This document shows positions 25,903-34,429 of a DNA stretch of 38,366 nucleotides, one piece after another. A model generated the notes under the pieces. That model worked only from the letters and a program-made list of their open reading frames with translations, made no database searches and had not been told where the DNA came from. Made by a program: the position numbers and the translations under genes. Origin of the DNA: Chlamydiota bacterium (GTDB taxonomy: Bacteria > Chlamydiota > Chlamydiia > Chlamydiales > JAAKFR01). Each line of letters opens with the position of its first letter. The first letter of the stretch is position 1. The stretch spans positions 1 to 38,366 of the forward strand of contig JAAKFR010000001.1 of assembly GCA_011064985.1 (NCBI GenBank), given 5' to 3'.

Positions 25903-26146
25903 TAACTTCACGTTTGGTGTGCATTAGTCTTTGGTGGATTCTTTACCGCGAAGGAACGCGAAGGGATCTCTGCTCCCGAGATATTTTGAGAGTAAAACTA
26001 TCTATTCTTTTCATATAAAATTTATTTTTTTTAAATACCCGTTTTTTATTTGTTAGGACATAGCAGAAAAAAACTCTATGGAAAATAAACTTCCTTCGCG
26101 GTTAGGAAGCCGCCAAAAGACTAATGCCATGAAAGACGTAAAGTTA
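25903..26146. repeat. pair of about 54-nt imperfect inverted repeats (25903-25956 and 26091-26146) around a 134-bp AT-rich spacer
   Basis: Arm 1 is TAACTTCACGTTTGGTGTGCATTAGTCTTTGGTGGATTCTTTACCGCGAAGGAA. It matches the reverse complement of arm 2 at roughly 80 percent by eye. Arm 2 overlaps the rsmI stop codon. A third, shorter copy is at 23526-23560. Confidence 0.6.
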
Positions 26147-26815
26147 CACACCGACGTTGGGAGAGATGAGGAGGACGATTTCTCCTTTTGGATGTTTTTC
26201 AGCATACTTGGTTGCAAGTTCCTCGGCTGTTCCTGCAACAAATTCTTCGAATTTTTTGGTGAGCTCACGTGCCACAACACAAGGGGTTTTCGGATCGAGA
26301 GTGGCAAGAACCTGTAAGCTCGCTTTGAGGCGGTAGGGGGATTCGTAGCAGATGGTCGTACCCGGATAAGCGAGAATCTCCTCGAATAGACGGGTCAATT
26401 TCCCCTTTTTGCGGGGGAGAAAGCCGAAGAACTGGAACCGGTCTGTAGGAAGGCCTGAGGCAGAAAGGGCGGCAATCGCAGCGCAAGGGCCGGGGATCGG
26501 GCAGACGGGGATCCCTTCTCTTCTACAGGCTGTTACAAGGCGCGTGCCAGGATCGGAGATCCCAGGGGTTCCCGCATCGGAGACGAGGCCGATCGTTTTT
26601 CCATCTCTTAGCTCTTCTAGGATTGCGTTTTCTTTAGAGGCTTCGCTGAATTTGTGGAAGCTTTTGAGCTTTCTTTTGATCTCGTAGTGTTTGAGTAAAA
26701 TCCCTGTTCTTCTCGTGTCTTCGCAGAGGACAAGATCGCAGAGTTTCAGAGTCTCTAAAGCGCGGAAGGTGATATCTTGGAGGTTGCCGATTGGAGTGGC
26801 GATCAAATAGAGCAT
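26144..26815 (-). CDS. rsmI: 16S rRNA (cytidine1402-2'-O)-methyltransferase
   Basis: 223 aa. MLYLIATPIGNLQDITFRALETL..CEDTR.. is the tetrapyrrole-methylase-fold N-terminus typical of RsmI. Confidence 0.85.
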   Translation of the reverse strand: MLYLIATPIGNLQDITFRALETLKLCDLVLCEDTRRTGILLKHYEIKRKLKSFHKFSEASKENAILEELRDGKTIGLVSDAGTPGISDPGTRLVTACRREGIPVCPIPGPCAAIAALSASGLPTDRFQFFGFLPRKKGKLTRLFEEILAYPGTTICYESPYRLKASLQVLATLDPKTPCVVARELTKKFEEFVAGTAEELATKYAEKHPKGEIVLLISPNVGV

Positions 26816-26828
26816 AAGAATAAAAAAA

Positions 26829-26899
26829 AGGTGGCACCCAGATTCGAACTGGGGATAAAGGCTTTGCAGGCCCCTGCCTTACCACTTGGCTATGCCACC
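26829..26899 (-). tRNA. tRNA-Cys (GCA)
   Basis: The 71-nt cloverleaf was read by hand: GGTGGCA acceptor stem, GCC/GGC D stem, anticodon loop CTGCAAA (anticodon GCA), T arm CCCAG-TTCGAAT-CTGGG, discriminator U73. CCA is not encoded. Confidence 0.85.
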
Positions 26900-26978
26900 A
26901 TGATCGACAGAGTACACGAGGGGAGAATTTTCGAGCAATAGCTGGCCTGTTTTTCTATATTTAGGTAGTTTTGGGGAG

Positions 26979-28316
26979 ATGAAACCGATCCCGCTCTCAC
27001 TTCTTGCCAGACGTCTCGGAATTTTCCACAGATCAGGTGCGTGGGTTCATGGTGCTGCGATCGATAGCCGTCTTGTTCAGGAAAAGGATCTTTTCTTTGC
27101 CCTTCCAGGGGAGCGGGTTTCAGGTGTTGCCTTTTTGGAGGAGGCAGCAAGGAAGGGGGCTTCAGGAGCCGTTGTTTCTAGCAACCACCGGGGGACAAGT
27201 TTTGGGCTCCCCTTGCTCCGGGTTCCTGATGTTTTGGAGGCGCTGCAAGACTCTGCTCGGAAAAGTTTGGAGGGAAACTGCGCAAAAATCGTAGCGGTTA
27301 CCGGTTCTTTGGGGAAAACAACGGTGAAGCATTTTGCCAAGGCCCTTCTTGAGACCCACTTCAAAGTGTTTGCCTCTCCATCGAGCTACAATTCCCAGGC
27401 AACGGTCCCTCTCTCGATCCTAAATACAAGTGGAGAAGAAGAGATTTTGATTCTCGAGATGGGGATGGATGCACCAGGTCATATTCAAAAACTCCTCTCG
27501 ATCGCCCCCCCTACCATCGCCCTTCTGACGACAATCTCTCCTCAACACGTCAACCACTTTCCGAATGGTTTAGAGGGAATTGCCGAAGAAAAAGGTTCGA
27601 TTTTTTCTCATCCAGGGACATCTCTTGGCCTCCTTTCGAGGGATATCCCGTTTTATGATTTTGTGAAAAAGCGGGGGCGGTGTGGGATAAAGACCTTCTC
27701 TCTTCTTTCAAAAGAGGCTGACTTTTTCCTGGAGAAAACAGAAGGAGGGCTTCTTTTGCACATGCCCGATGGGGGGAGGCTTTCACTCACATCGCAACTC
27801 CCTAATCCAGTCCACTACCACAACCTTCTTGCTGCATTAGCTCTTGCTTTTTGTTTAGATGTCCCTTGGAGGAAGATCGTGGAAGTCGTGCCGCGTCTCA
27901 CCCTTCCCCCCATGAGGTTTGAGAGAGTTGAAAGGGAGGGGATCTGCTTCATCAACGACGCCTACAACGCCAATCCCGAATCGATGGAAGGGGCCCTAAG
28001 ATCTCTCCCTTCTCCAGAAAAACAGGGGAGAAAGGTGGCCATATTAGGAGACATGAACGCTCTTGGGATCTACTCTAAGGAGGGGCACCAGAAGGTGCTT
28101 GAAGTGGCTTCTGCTACAACCGATCTTCTCCTCTGTATCGGGGAGAGGTGGAAAGAGAGCGAGTTTCCCCAAGACTCTTACCAACACTTTGCAACAAAAG
28201 AGGCTCTTGCCAGCTCCCTCAGAGATCTTCTCCTCCCAGGCGATGTTGTCCTCCTGAAGGGGGCCCGCGTCCACGCCCTCGAAACCCTCATCGACCAAAT
28301 GGAAGAGGCTTCCTAG
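26979..28316 (+). CDS. murF: UDP-N-acetylmuramoyl-tripeptide--D-alanyl-D-alanine ligase
   Basis: 445 aa with the Mur ligase P-loop VTGSLGKTT and a GGGGAG SD. It is the first gene of the dcw-type cluster. Confidence 0.88.
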   Translation: MKPIPLSLLARRLGIFHRSGAWVHGAAIDSRLVQEKDLFFALPGERVSGVAFLEEAARKGASGAVVSSNHRGTSFGLPLLRVPDVLEALQDSARKSLEGNCAKIVAVTGSLGKTTVKHFAKALLETHFKVFASPSSYNSQATVPLSILNTSGEEEILILEMGMDAPGHIQKLLSIAPPTIALLTTISPQHVNHFPNGLEGIAEEKGSIFSHPGTSLGLLSRDIPFYDFVKKRGRCGIKTFSLLSKEADFFLEKTEGGLLLHMPDGGRLSLTSQLPNPVHYHNLLAALALAFCLDVPWRKIVEVVPRLTLPPMRFERVEREGICFINDAYNANPESMEGALRSLPSPEKQGRKVAILGDMNALGIYSKEGHQKVLEVASATTDLLLCIGERWKESEFPQDSYQHFATKEALASSLRDLLLPGDVVLLKGARVHALETLIDQMEEAS

Positions 28317-28452
28317 GATGGACTCCTTTTAGAAATTCCTCCACGGGGCAACAGAGGATATTTCTTTCTCGATAATGCCTCTTTCCTCGATAGAGGAGAA
28401 GAAGAGTGGCGTGGAGGAAATCCTCCGCGAAGATTTCTAGATTGCGCAGGTC

Positions 28453-28539
28453 TTCCCGGTAGGGGGCATGCAAGAGCCTGGTATGCTTGTGTCTGAAGAC
28501 CAGAATCTTGGGTTTTTAACTGATCTGGGTTACACCCAA
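28453..28539. repeat. 87-bp interspersed repeat, copy 2
   Basis: 85/87 identical to 230-316. It lies between murF and the inserted membrane-protein gene. Confidence 0.85.
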
Positions 28540-28564
28540 TTGATTTTGTAAAGCCTCAGATATG

Positions 28565-29074
28565 TTAGCGGGCGGCGGCAGCTACCCCGGAGCAAAGAGC
28601 GGCGGGGATGAAGGCGAGCGGGGCAAAAGCCGTGAGGGCGATTTGGATGCGAGCCTCTTCTGCAGTGTAGTTTTTGTGGCTAAAGACTGTCTTGTAGAGG
28701 GCGTAGACCGCATTGACCGTTGCTGCTGTAGCAAAGGCAAGCCCCATGTAGACCAGGGCTCCTCCAACAAATCTGTCCATCCCTCTCCATGCCAAATCGA
28801 GCCGATTGAATCCAGAACTAAAGCAGAAGTAAGCGGCAATAGCTGTAAATGTGATAAGAGCAATTGAGACGATTACGCGGGTCATCGGAGAGCAAACACC
28901 CGGCTTTTGCCCTCTAGAATGGATTCCGGAACTATAAGGAGAGCTTGGGGAATGGTTGTCACGGTATTGGGAGTAGTTATCGGATCCTTGCTGCAGGTAT
29001 GCTGGTGGTGGAGCATAGGTTGCTTGTTCATTGAAAGGACTAGAATACGTATTAAAAGACTCTTGGTAACTCAT
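28565..29074 (-). CDS. small membrane protein with a disordered Y/S/P/Q-rich N-terminus (PPxY motif) and about 3 TM segments
   Basis: 169 aa. The N-terminal 60 aa are low-complexity and include APPPAY. Hydrophobic segments follow at about aa 65-87, 100-125 and 140-165. A GAGG SD precedes the start. It is encoded opposite to the surrounding dcw genes. Confidence 0.6.
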   Translation of the reverse strand: MSYQESFNTYSSPFNEQATYAPPPAYLQQGSDNYSQYRDNHSPSSPYSSGIHSRGQKPGVCSPMTRVIVSIALITFTAIAAYFCFSSGFNRLDLAWRGMDRFVGGALVYMGLAFATAATVNAVYALYKTVFSHKNYTAEEARIQIALTAFAPLAFIPAALCSGVAAAAR

Positions 29075-29182
29075 GTGTTGCCTCGTTTTGTTTTAATGAA
29101 GCCTTGATTTTTAGGGGGTGCTGGGTTTTTTTGCAAGGATTCTTGGATTCTTGGGTAGAAAAAAAAGGGTTTCTTCCGTTTA

Positions 29183-30406
29183 ATGCAAGGGATGTTGCTC
29201 TTTTTGTTACGGTTTTTGCGGGAGAAGGGGGGGATTCATATCCCCACAGTCTTTTTCTATTGCTCCACTAGGATGGCCTTAGCTGCAATCACGGCACTTC
29301 TACTCACGATCCTCTTCGGGAAGCCGTTTATCAAAAAACTCTATGAATTGAAGGTGGGAGATCGGGTGAGAAGCGAGGACTGCCCGCTTTTGGGGGAGCT
29401 CCACCGGAACAAGAACGAGACTCCCACAATGGGGGGGATTTTGATCCTCTTCTCTCTTCTCGTCTCTCTTCTTCTTTGGATGGACTTGCAGAGTCCTTTT
29501 ACCCTCCTTCTTTTTGGGACGACGGTTGTGATCGGGAGTCTCGGAGGGGTAGACGACTACCTCAAACTCCGCTACAAGAGTAAGAGGGGGCTCTCGGGGA
29601 AAAAGAAGCTCTTGATCCAGGGGCTCTTTTCCTTTGCTATCGCTCTCTATCTTCTCTACTCTCCTGCATCTGAATGGCTCCACAAGGGGCAGTGGTACTC
29701 TCCCCCTCATGCCAAGGAGGAAGTGATAGGGGGGCAGTCGCTGTCTGCGTTAGCCCTTTTGACGACAAAAGAATACGCCACCCGTCTCTATCTCCCAATG
29801 CGTAAAGAGCCGCTCCTCTTTTTCTCCAAGTGGGGAGGGATCGGGATGGCTCTTCTCATCGCTTTTGTCATCACTGGCTCTTCGAACGCGGTCAATTTGA
29901 CAGACGGGCTCGACGGATTGGCTACGGGAACGGTCATGCTGGCCGTTTCCGCCTTTTCTTTAATCGCCTTTCTTTCTAACAATCTCGACTTTGCCCGCTA
30001 CCTCCATATTCTCTACATCGAAGGGAGCGGGGAGATCGCGATCTACCTAGCAGCTGTTGTGGGGGCGTGTCTGGGCTTTCTCTGGTACAACGGCCATCCG
30101 GCCCAAGTGTTTATGGGAGATACCGGTTCCCTAACATTGGGGGCCATCCTCGGTCTTTCGGCAGTTTTACTCAAAAGGGAGCTCCTTCTTACGATCATCG
30201 GCGGGGTGTTTGTGATCGAGGCTCTTTCGGTTTTGCTCCAAGTTGGAAGTTATCGGCTTAGAAACCAGAAGAGGATCTTTCTCTGTGCCCCGCTCCACCA
30301 CCATTTCGAGTACAAAGGGTGGGCGGAAACGAAGGTAGTCGTCCGGTTTTGGATTGTCGGTCTTCTTCTTGCCCTTGTGGGGGTGGCAACCTTGAAATTC
30401 CAGTGA
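29183..30406 (+). CDS. mraY: phospho-N-acetylmuramoyl-pentapeptide transferase
   Basis: 407 aa with SSNAVNLTDGLDGLA, FMGDTGSL and HHHFE motifs. An extra loop of about 45 aa lies before the NAVNLTDG segment. Confidence 0.9.
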   Translation: MQGMLLFLLRFLREKGGIHIPTVFFYCSTRMALAAITALLLTILFGKPFIKKLYELKVGDRVRSEDCPLLGELHRNKNETPTMGGILILFSLLVSLLLWMDLQSPFTLLLFGTTVVIGSLGGVDDYLKLRYKSKRGLSGKKKLLIQGLFSFAIALYLLYSPASEWLHKGQWYSPPHAKEEVIGGQSLSALALLTTKEYATRLYLPMRKEPLLFFSKWGGIGMALLIAFVITGSSNAVNLTDGLDGLATGTVMLAVSAFSLIAFLSNNLDFARYLHILYIEGSGEIAIYLAAVVGACLGFLWYNGHPAQVFMGDTGSLTLGAILGLSAVLLKRELLLTIIGGVFVIEALSVLLQVGSYRLRNQKRIFLCAPLHHHFEYKGWAETKVVVRFWIVGLLLALVGVATLKFQ

Positions 30407-31656
30407 GGAAGATACCTTTGCGTTACTGTGTTCTTGGGTTAGGCGTCAGCGGAAAGGCTGTGATCGAGTTTCTGGAGAAAAGCTCTTCTCCCTTTATTGT
30501 CGTCGATCAGAAAGAGCCCGAATCTGGTACATTTCCTTTTTTTCTCGAAAGTGCCCCTCCTCAGTTAGAGGGAGTAACCTGTTTGGTGAAATCACCAGGC
30601 ATTCCTCTCCCCCATCCTTGGGTAGTAGAAGCCAAAGAGAGAGGGATTCAGATCGTGGGTGAGATCGACTTGGCTTTGGAGGTCCTCGCGAAGAAGAACA
30701 AAACGGTCTTAGGGATCACCGGGTCGAATGGGAAGACAACAACCACTCTTCTCACTACCCATCTCTTGCAGCAAAGGGGGATAGAGGCGGTTACTGTTGG
30801 AAACATTGGGACCCCCCTTCTTTCTCAAGTCGAAAACAGGGCAGAGGTATTTGTGGTCGAACTGAGCTCCTTTCAATTGAGTACTTTAGTTCCACGTCCC
30901 TCGTTTGATCGGGCAGTCATTCTCAATATCACGCCCAACCATCTCGATTGGCACGCGAGCTTCGAGGAGTACTCACAAGCGAAGTTTCGCCTCTTTTCTG
31001 CTCTAAAAAAGGGGGGGAAAGGGTTTATCCCTCCCTCTCTTGCTACTTGTGGAAGTGGGTGGGAAACGACAGCCTCTTGGAAACAAATGCTTGAAACCAT
31101 TTTCTCTCTAGAGTATAGAGTTGGGGGAAATGTTTTCCTAAAGCACGATTTAGAGAATTTAGCCGCCGCTTGTTGTTTACTAGAGCCAAGTAGAGAAGAG
31201 GTCAAGGAGGGGATGAGAACTTTCCGAAAACCGCCTCACAGGCTTGAATTCGTCCGAAAGGTGAGGGGAGTGAGCTTTTTCAACGACAGTAAAGCGACAA
31301 GTGTCGATGCTGTGGAAAAAGCATTGGAGGCCTTGGAAGGGCCTCTTCTTCTTCTTGCAGGAGGGGTAGACAAAGGAGGGGACTACAGGAAATGGATCCC
31401 CCTTCTGAGAGAGAATGTCAAAAGAGTCTTTGCTATGGGAGGAGCTGCCAATCGGATGGTAGAGGAACTTTCAACTGATGTGGACATTGAGAAGGTAGTT
31501 GGGTTAGAAGAGGGGTTAGAGAGGGCTATTTCTCTTGCACAAACAGGGGATACGGTTCTTCTCTCTCCAGGTTGTTCGAGTTTTGATCAGTTTCGGAACT
31601 TTGAAGAGCGGGGCGAGGTATTTAAAAAATGGGTATGGGAGAAAGTGTATGAGTAG
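30403..31656 (+). CDS. murD: UDP-N-acetylmuramoylalanine--D-glutamate ligase
   Basis: GITGSNGKTTT P-loop. I prefer the GTG at 30403, which overlaps the mraY stop (GTGA) and gives VRKIPLRYCVLGLGVSG. The ATG at 30319 would add 28 aa encoded inside mraY. Confidence 0.85.
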   Translation: MRKIPLRYCVLGLGVSGKAVIEFLEKSSSPFIVVDQKEPESGTFPFFLESAPPQLEGVTCLVKSPGIPLPHPWVVEAKERGIQIVGEIDLALEVLAKKNKTVLGITGSNGKTTTTLLTTHLLQQRGIEAVTVGNIGTPLLSQVENRAEVFVVELSSFQLSTLVPRPSFDRAVILNITPNHLDWHASFEEYSQAKFRLFSALKKGGKGFIPPSLATCGSGWETTASWKQMLETIFSLEYRVGGNVFLKHDLENLAAACCLLEPSREEVKEGMRTFRKPPHRLEFVRKVRGVSFFNDSKATSVDAVEKALEALEGPLLLLAGGVDKGGDYRKWIPLLRENVKRVFAMGGAANRMVEELSTDVDIEKVVGLEEGLERAISLAQTGDTVLLSPGCSSFDQFRNFEERGEVFKKWVWEKVYE

Positions 31657-32296
31657 ACGAGATACAATCATTATTGCGGTACTAGTGAATTCGGCGTTGC
31701 TGATGGTGCTGTTTGCAACAGCCATACGCTCACCCAAAGAAGGGTCTTTAGAGAAAAAAACGCAAATTGCACAAAATGAGACTAAGCGAAATTCACCCTC
31801 TGAGGAGATGGTCAACCAGCTCATCGCCTCGGTTCCCACGCTTGCAGAATCGATGCCCAATAAAAATCTTATCGAAGAAAAAATCCACGTGACCCCCTCT
31901 GCCCCCGTTGCACTAGAGAAGACTCCAAAAGCTCCCCAAAAGAAAGAAGAGTCAAAAGTGGAATTTGTGCAAGTCACCGTGAAAAACGGAGATTTTCTCG
32001 AAAAAATTGCGAGGGCGAATCAGACGACTGTAGCCGCGATCATGAAAGCCAATCACATGACTTCGACCCAGCTCAAAATTGGACAAGTTCTCAAGGTTCC
32101 TCTCTCACAAGGGAGCTCATCTTTCCAAATTTCTTCCCCACAAGAGGCTGAGTACTACATCGTCCAGGATGGGGACAACCCATGGTTGATTGCGAATCGG
32201 AACCACTTGAAGTTGGATGAACTCTTGAAACTCAATGAATTGGATGAACAAAGGGCGCGTCGGCTCCGTCCTGGCGATCGACTCAGGATTCGATGA
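31649..32296 (+). CDS. membrane-anchored protein with two LysM domains (NlpD position, no M23 peptidase domain)
   Basis: The start MSRRDTIIIAVLVNSALLMVLF is a TM anchor, and the ATG overlaps the murD stop by 8 nt. LysM repeats are VTVKNGDFLEKIAR..LKIGQVLKVP and YIVQDGDNPWLIAN..LRPGDRLRI. Confidence 0.75.
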   Translation: MSRRDTIIIAVLVNSALLMVLFATAIRSPKEGSLEKKTQIAQNETKRNSPSEEMVNQLIASVPTLAESMPNKNLIEEKIHVTPSAPVALEKTPKAPQKKEESKVEFVQVTVKNGDFLEKIARANQTTVAAIMKANHMTSTQLKIGQVLKVPLSQGSSSFQISSPQEAEYYIVQDGDNPWLIANRNHLKLDELLKLNELDEQRARRLRPGDRLRIR

Positions 32297-33426
32297 GACT
32301 GCTCCTGCTGATTGGCTCTGCTTTGCTCTTTGCTCTTGGGCTTGTGATGGTCTACAACACCACCTCGGCCGAGATTTTAGATCGTCTCCTTGAAAAAAAC
32401 ACCCACCATGCTCTTTTCCGTCAGCTTCTCTATGCTTTTCTAGGAGGAGGTTTAGCGATTCTTGTTTGGAGGGTTGGGTATCTCCCCCTTCTTAAACTCT
32501 CTCCACTCCTTTTGATCGGGCTTACCCTTCTTCTCGTCCTGGTTTTTGTCCCAGGAGTGGGCAAGGTCCGCAATGGAGCCCACAGGTGGATCGGGTTTGG
32601 AGGGCTTACCTTACAACCTTCTGAGTTTGTAAAGTATCTCATCCCCTTTGTCTATATCGAGTGGTTCAGCAGAAGAGAGGGGAAGGAGGTAGGGTTCTTC
32701 TCCTTTGGCAAAATCGTGGCTCTTCTTGCCTGTCCGATGTTTCTGGTGATGATCGAACCTGACAATGGGACAACGGCTGTGATTGGAGCGACTCTCATCC
32801 CCCTTTTTTTCCTCACCAAGATCCGGTTTACCTACTGGGCTCTCCCTGTACTCCTCTTGCTTGCCGTCGGGAGTTTGGCGGCTTTTCAGCTCCCTTATGT
32901 GCGTGGAAGGCTTGAGGTCTATCTCCATCCCGAACTCGACCCCCAGGGGAAAGGGCACCAACCACACCAAGCAAAAATTGCTGCAGGCTCGGGGAAATTC
33001 TTGGGGAGAGGTCCTGGAGGGAGTCTACAGAAACTCACCTACCTTCCCGAAGCACAAAATGACTATATTGCAGCGATTTTTGCTGAAGAGTTTGGGTTTT
33101 TAGGCGTACTCGTTTTGATCCTCTTGTATATGCTATGGACCTATGGAGGGATGGCAATTGCATTCCAAGCGCCTACTAATCAAGCAACTTTGCTTGCCGC
33201 CACCATCACCTTTCTGTTATCGTTGCAAGCGTTTTTGAATTTGGGCGTAGTCTCTGGGCTTCTTCCGAGCAAAGGGGTCAATCTTCCCTTTTTCAGCCAG
33301 GGGGGGACTTCCCTGATTGCGAATATGGCCGGCTTAGGACTATTGTTGAGTATCCATGAGAAAAAAGATCATATTAGCCGCAAGCGGGACGGGGGGTCAC
33401 CTCTTCCCAGCCCAAGCAGTAGCTGA
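32293..33426 (+). CDS. ftsW: SEDS-family peptidoglycan glycosyltransferase FtsW
   Basis: 377 aa and polytopic, with ..PSEFVK.. and ..NLPFFSQGGTS.. SEDS motifs. An ATGA overlap joins it to the previous gene. It sits between murD and murG. Confidence 0.85.
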   Translation: MRLLLLIGSALLFALGLVMVYNTTSAEILDRLLEKNTHHALFRQLLYAFLGGGLAILVWRVGYLPLLKLSPLLLIGLTLLLVLVFVPGVGKVRNGAHRWIGFGGLTLQPSEFVKYLIPFVYIEWFSRREGKEVGFFSFGKIVALLACPMFLVMIEPDNGTTAVIGATLIPLFFLTKIRFTYWALPVLLLLAVGSLAAFQLPYVRGRLEVYLHPELDPQGKGHQPHQAKIAAGSGKFLGRGPGGSLQKLTYLPEAQNDYIAAIFAEEFGFLGVLVLILLYMLWTYGGMAIAFQAPTNQATLLAATITFLLSLQAFLNLGVVSGLLPSKGVNLPFFSQGGTSLIANMAGLGLLLSIHEKKDHISRKRDGGSPLPSPSSS

Positions 33427-34429
33427 AAAGCTCTCTCATCACGACCTCATGTTTTTGGGGAGCAGCTTATCAAAAAATTCCTTTTTCGATGCGGCCTCTT
33501 TTCCCTATCGAGAGGTCGATTCAGCAACCTTCTCCCTCTCTCGTCCCAAAGAGGTTTTGCGAGGAGGGAAAAAGATCGTAAATGGCTTCCGTCAGTCGCG
33601 CCGTTTTTTTCGGGAGTTTTCTCCCGATCTTGTGGTGGGTTTTGGGAGTTTTTACACTCTCCCAGTTCTTCTTGCGGCAAAAGCTGAGAAAATCCCGATC
33701 GTCCTCTATGAGCAAAATGCGATTCCGGGCAAGGTCAACCGTCTTTTTTCCCGTTTTTCTCTGGAAACCTGGATCACTTTTCCCGATTCAAGAGACTATC
33801 TCAAGGGAGAGGCTCGAGAAGTCATTTTCCCGCGTCTTATTAGAGAAGAGGGACTCGATCCTTGGGAGTATTTTGGTCTCAAAGAGGGGACTACTACCCT
33901 TCTCATCTACGGAGGGTCTCAAGGGGCATCCCGGCTCAACTCTCTTGCTACAGAAGCCCTTTCTCTTTTTTCCTCGCCCTTCCAAGTTCTCCACTTTACT
34001 GGTAAGGAAGAGGAGACGGTAACTTACTCTGCTTTTTACGAGAAAAAGGGGATCACCGCTTGTGTAAGAACATTTGAATTCCGGATCGACCTTGCCCTTT
34101 CGATTGCCGATCTTGCGATTACCAGAGCCGGAGCCGGGACAATTGCAGACCTGATCGAATCGACCACTCCCGCTATTTTGCTCCCTTTTCCTTTTGCAAG
34201 TGAGAACCACCAAGAGGCAAATGCTCGCTTCTTTGTCGAAAAAGTAGGCGGCGGGGGCCTCCTTGTTGAGACGGGGCTAACAGGAGGGGAGCTTTTCTTT
34301 GCCATCGACCATCTCTTCAAATACAGAAAGGAGAAACAAGAGAGGATCTTGAGGGTAAAGGAGGGGAGATCCCTTCCCCATATCCACGAACTTTTAGAAG
34401 AGCTTTTGCAAGATGAAAAAAGAGTCTAG
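33356..34429 (+). CDS. murG: UDP-N-acetylglucosamine--N-acetylmuramyl-(pentapeptide) pyrophosphoryl-undecaprenol GlcNAc transferase
   Basis: MRKKIILAASGTGGHLFPAQAVAEKL G-loop, 357 aa. It overlaps the ftsW 3' end by 71 nt. Confidence 0.9.
   Translation: MRKKIILAASGTGGHLFPAQAVAEKLSHHDLMFLGSSLSKNSFFDAASFPYREVDSATFSLSRPKEVLRGGKKIVNGFRQSRRFFREFSPDLVVGFGSFYTLPVLLAAKAEKIPIVLYEQNAIPGKVNRLFSRFSLETWITFPDSRDYLKGEAREVIFPRLIREEGLDPWEYFGLKEGTTTLLIYGGSQGASRLNSLATEALSLFSSPFQVLHFTGKEEETVTYSAFYEKKGITACVRTFEFRIDLALSIADLAITRAGAGTIADLIESTTPAILLPFPFASENHQEANARFFVEKVGGGGLLVETGLTGGELFFAIDHLFKYRKEKQERILRVKEGRSLPHIHELLEELLQDEKRV

Noticed and set aside
30319-30402. ATG-extended murD start inside mraY.
   Set aside because: The extension would add 28 non-conserved, Cys/Gly-rich residues encoded within the mraY frame. 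The GTG at 30403 overlapping the mraY stop gives a typical MurD N-terminus.
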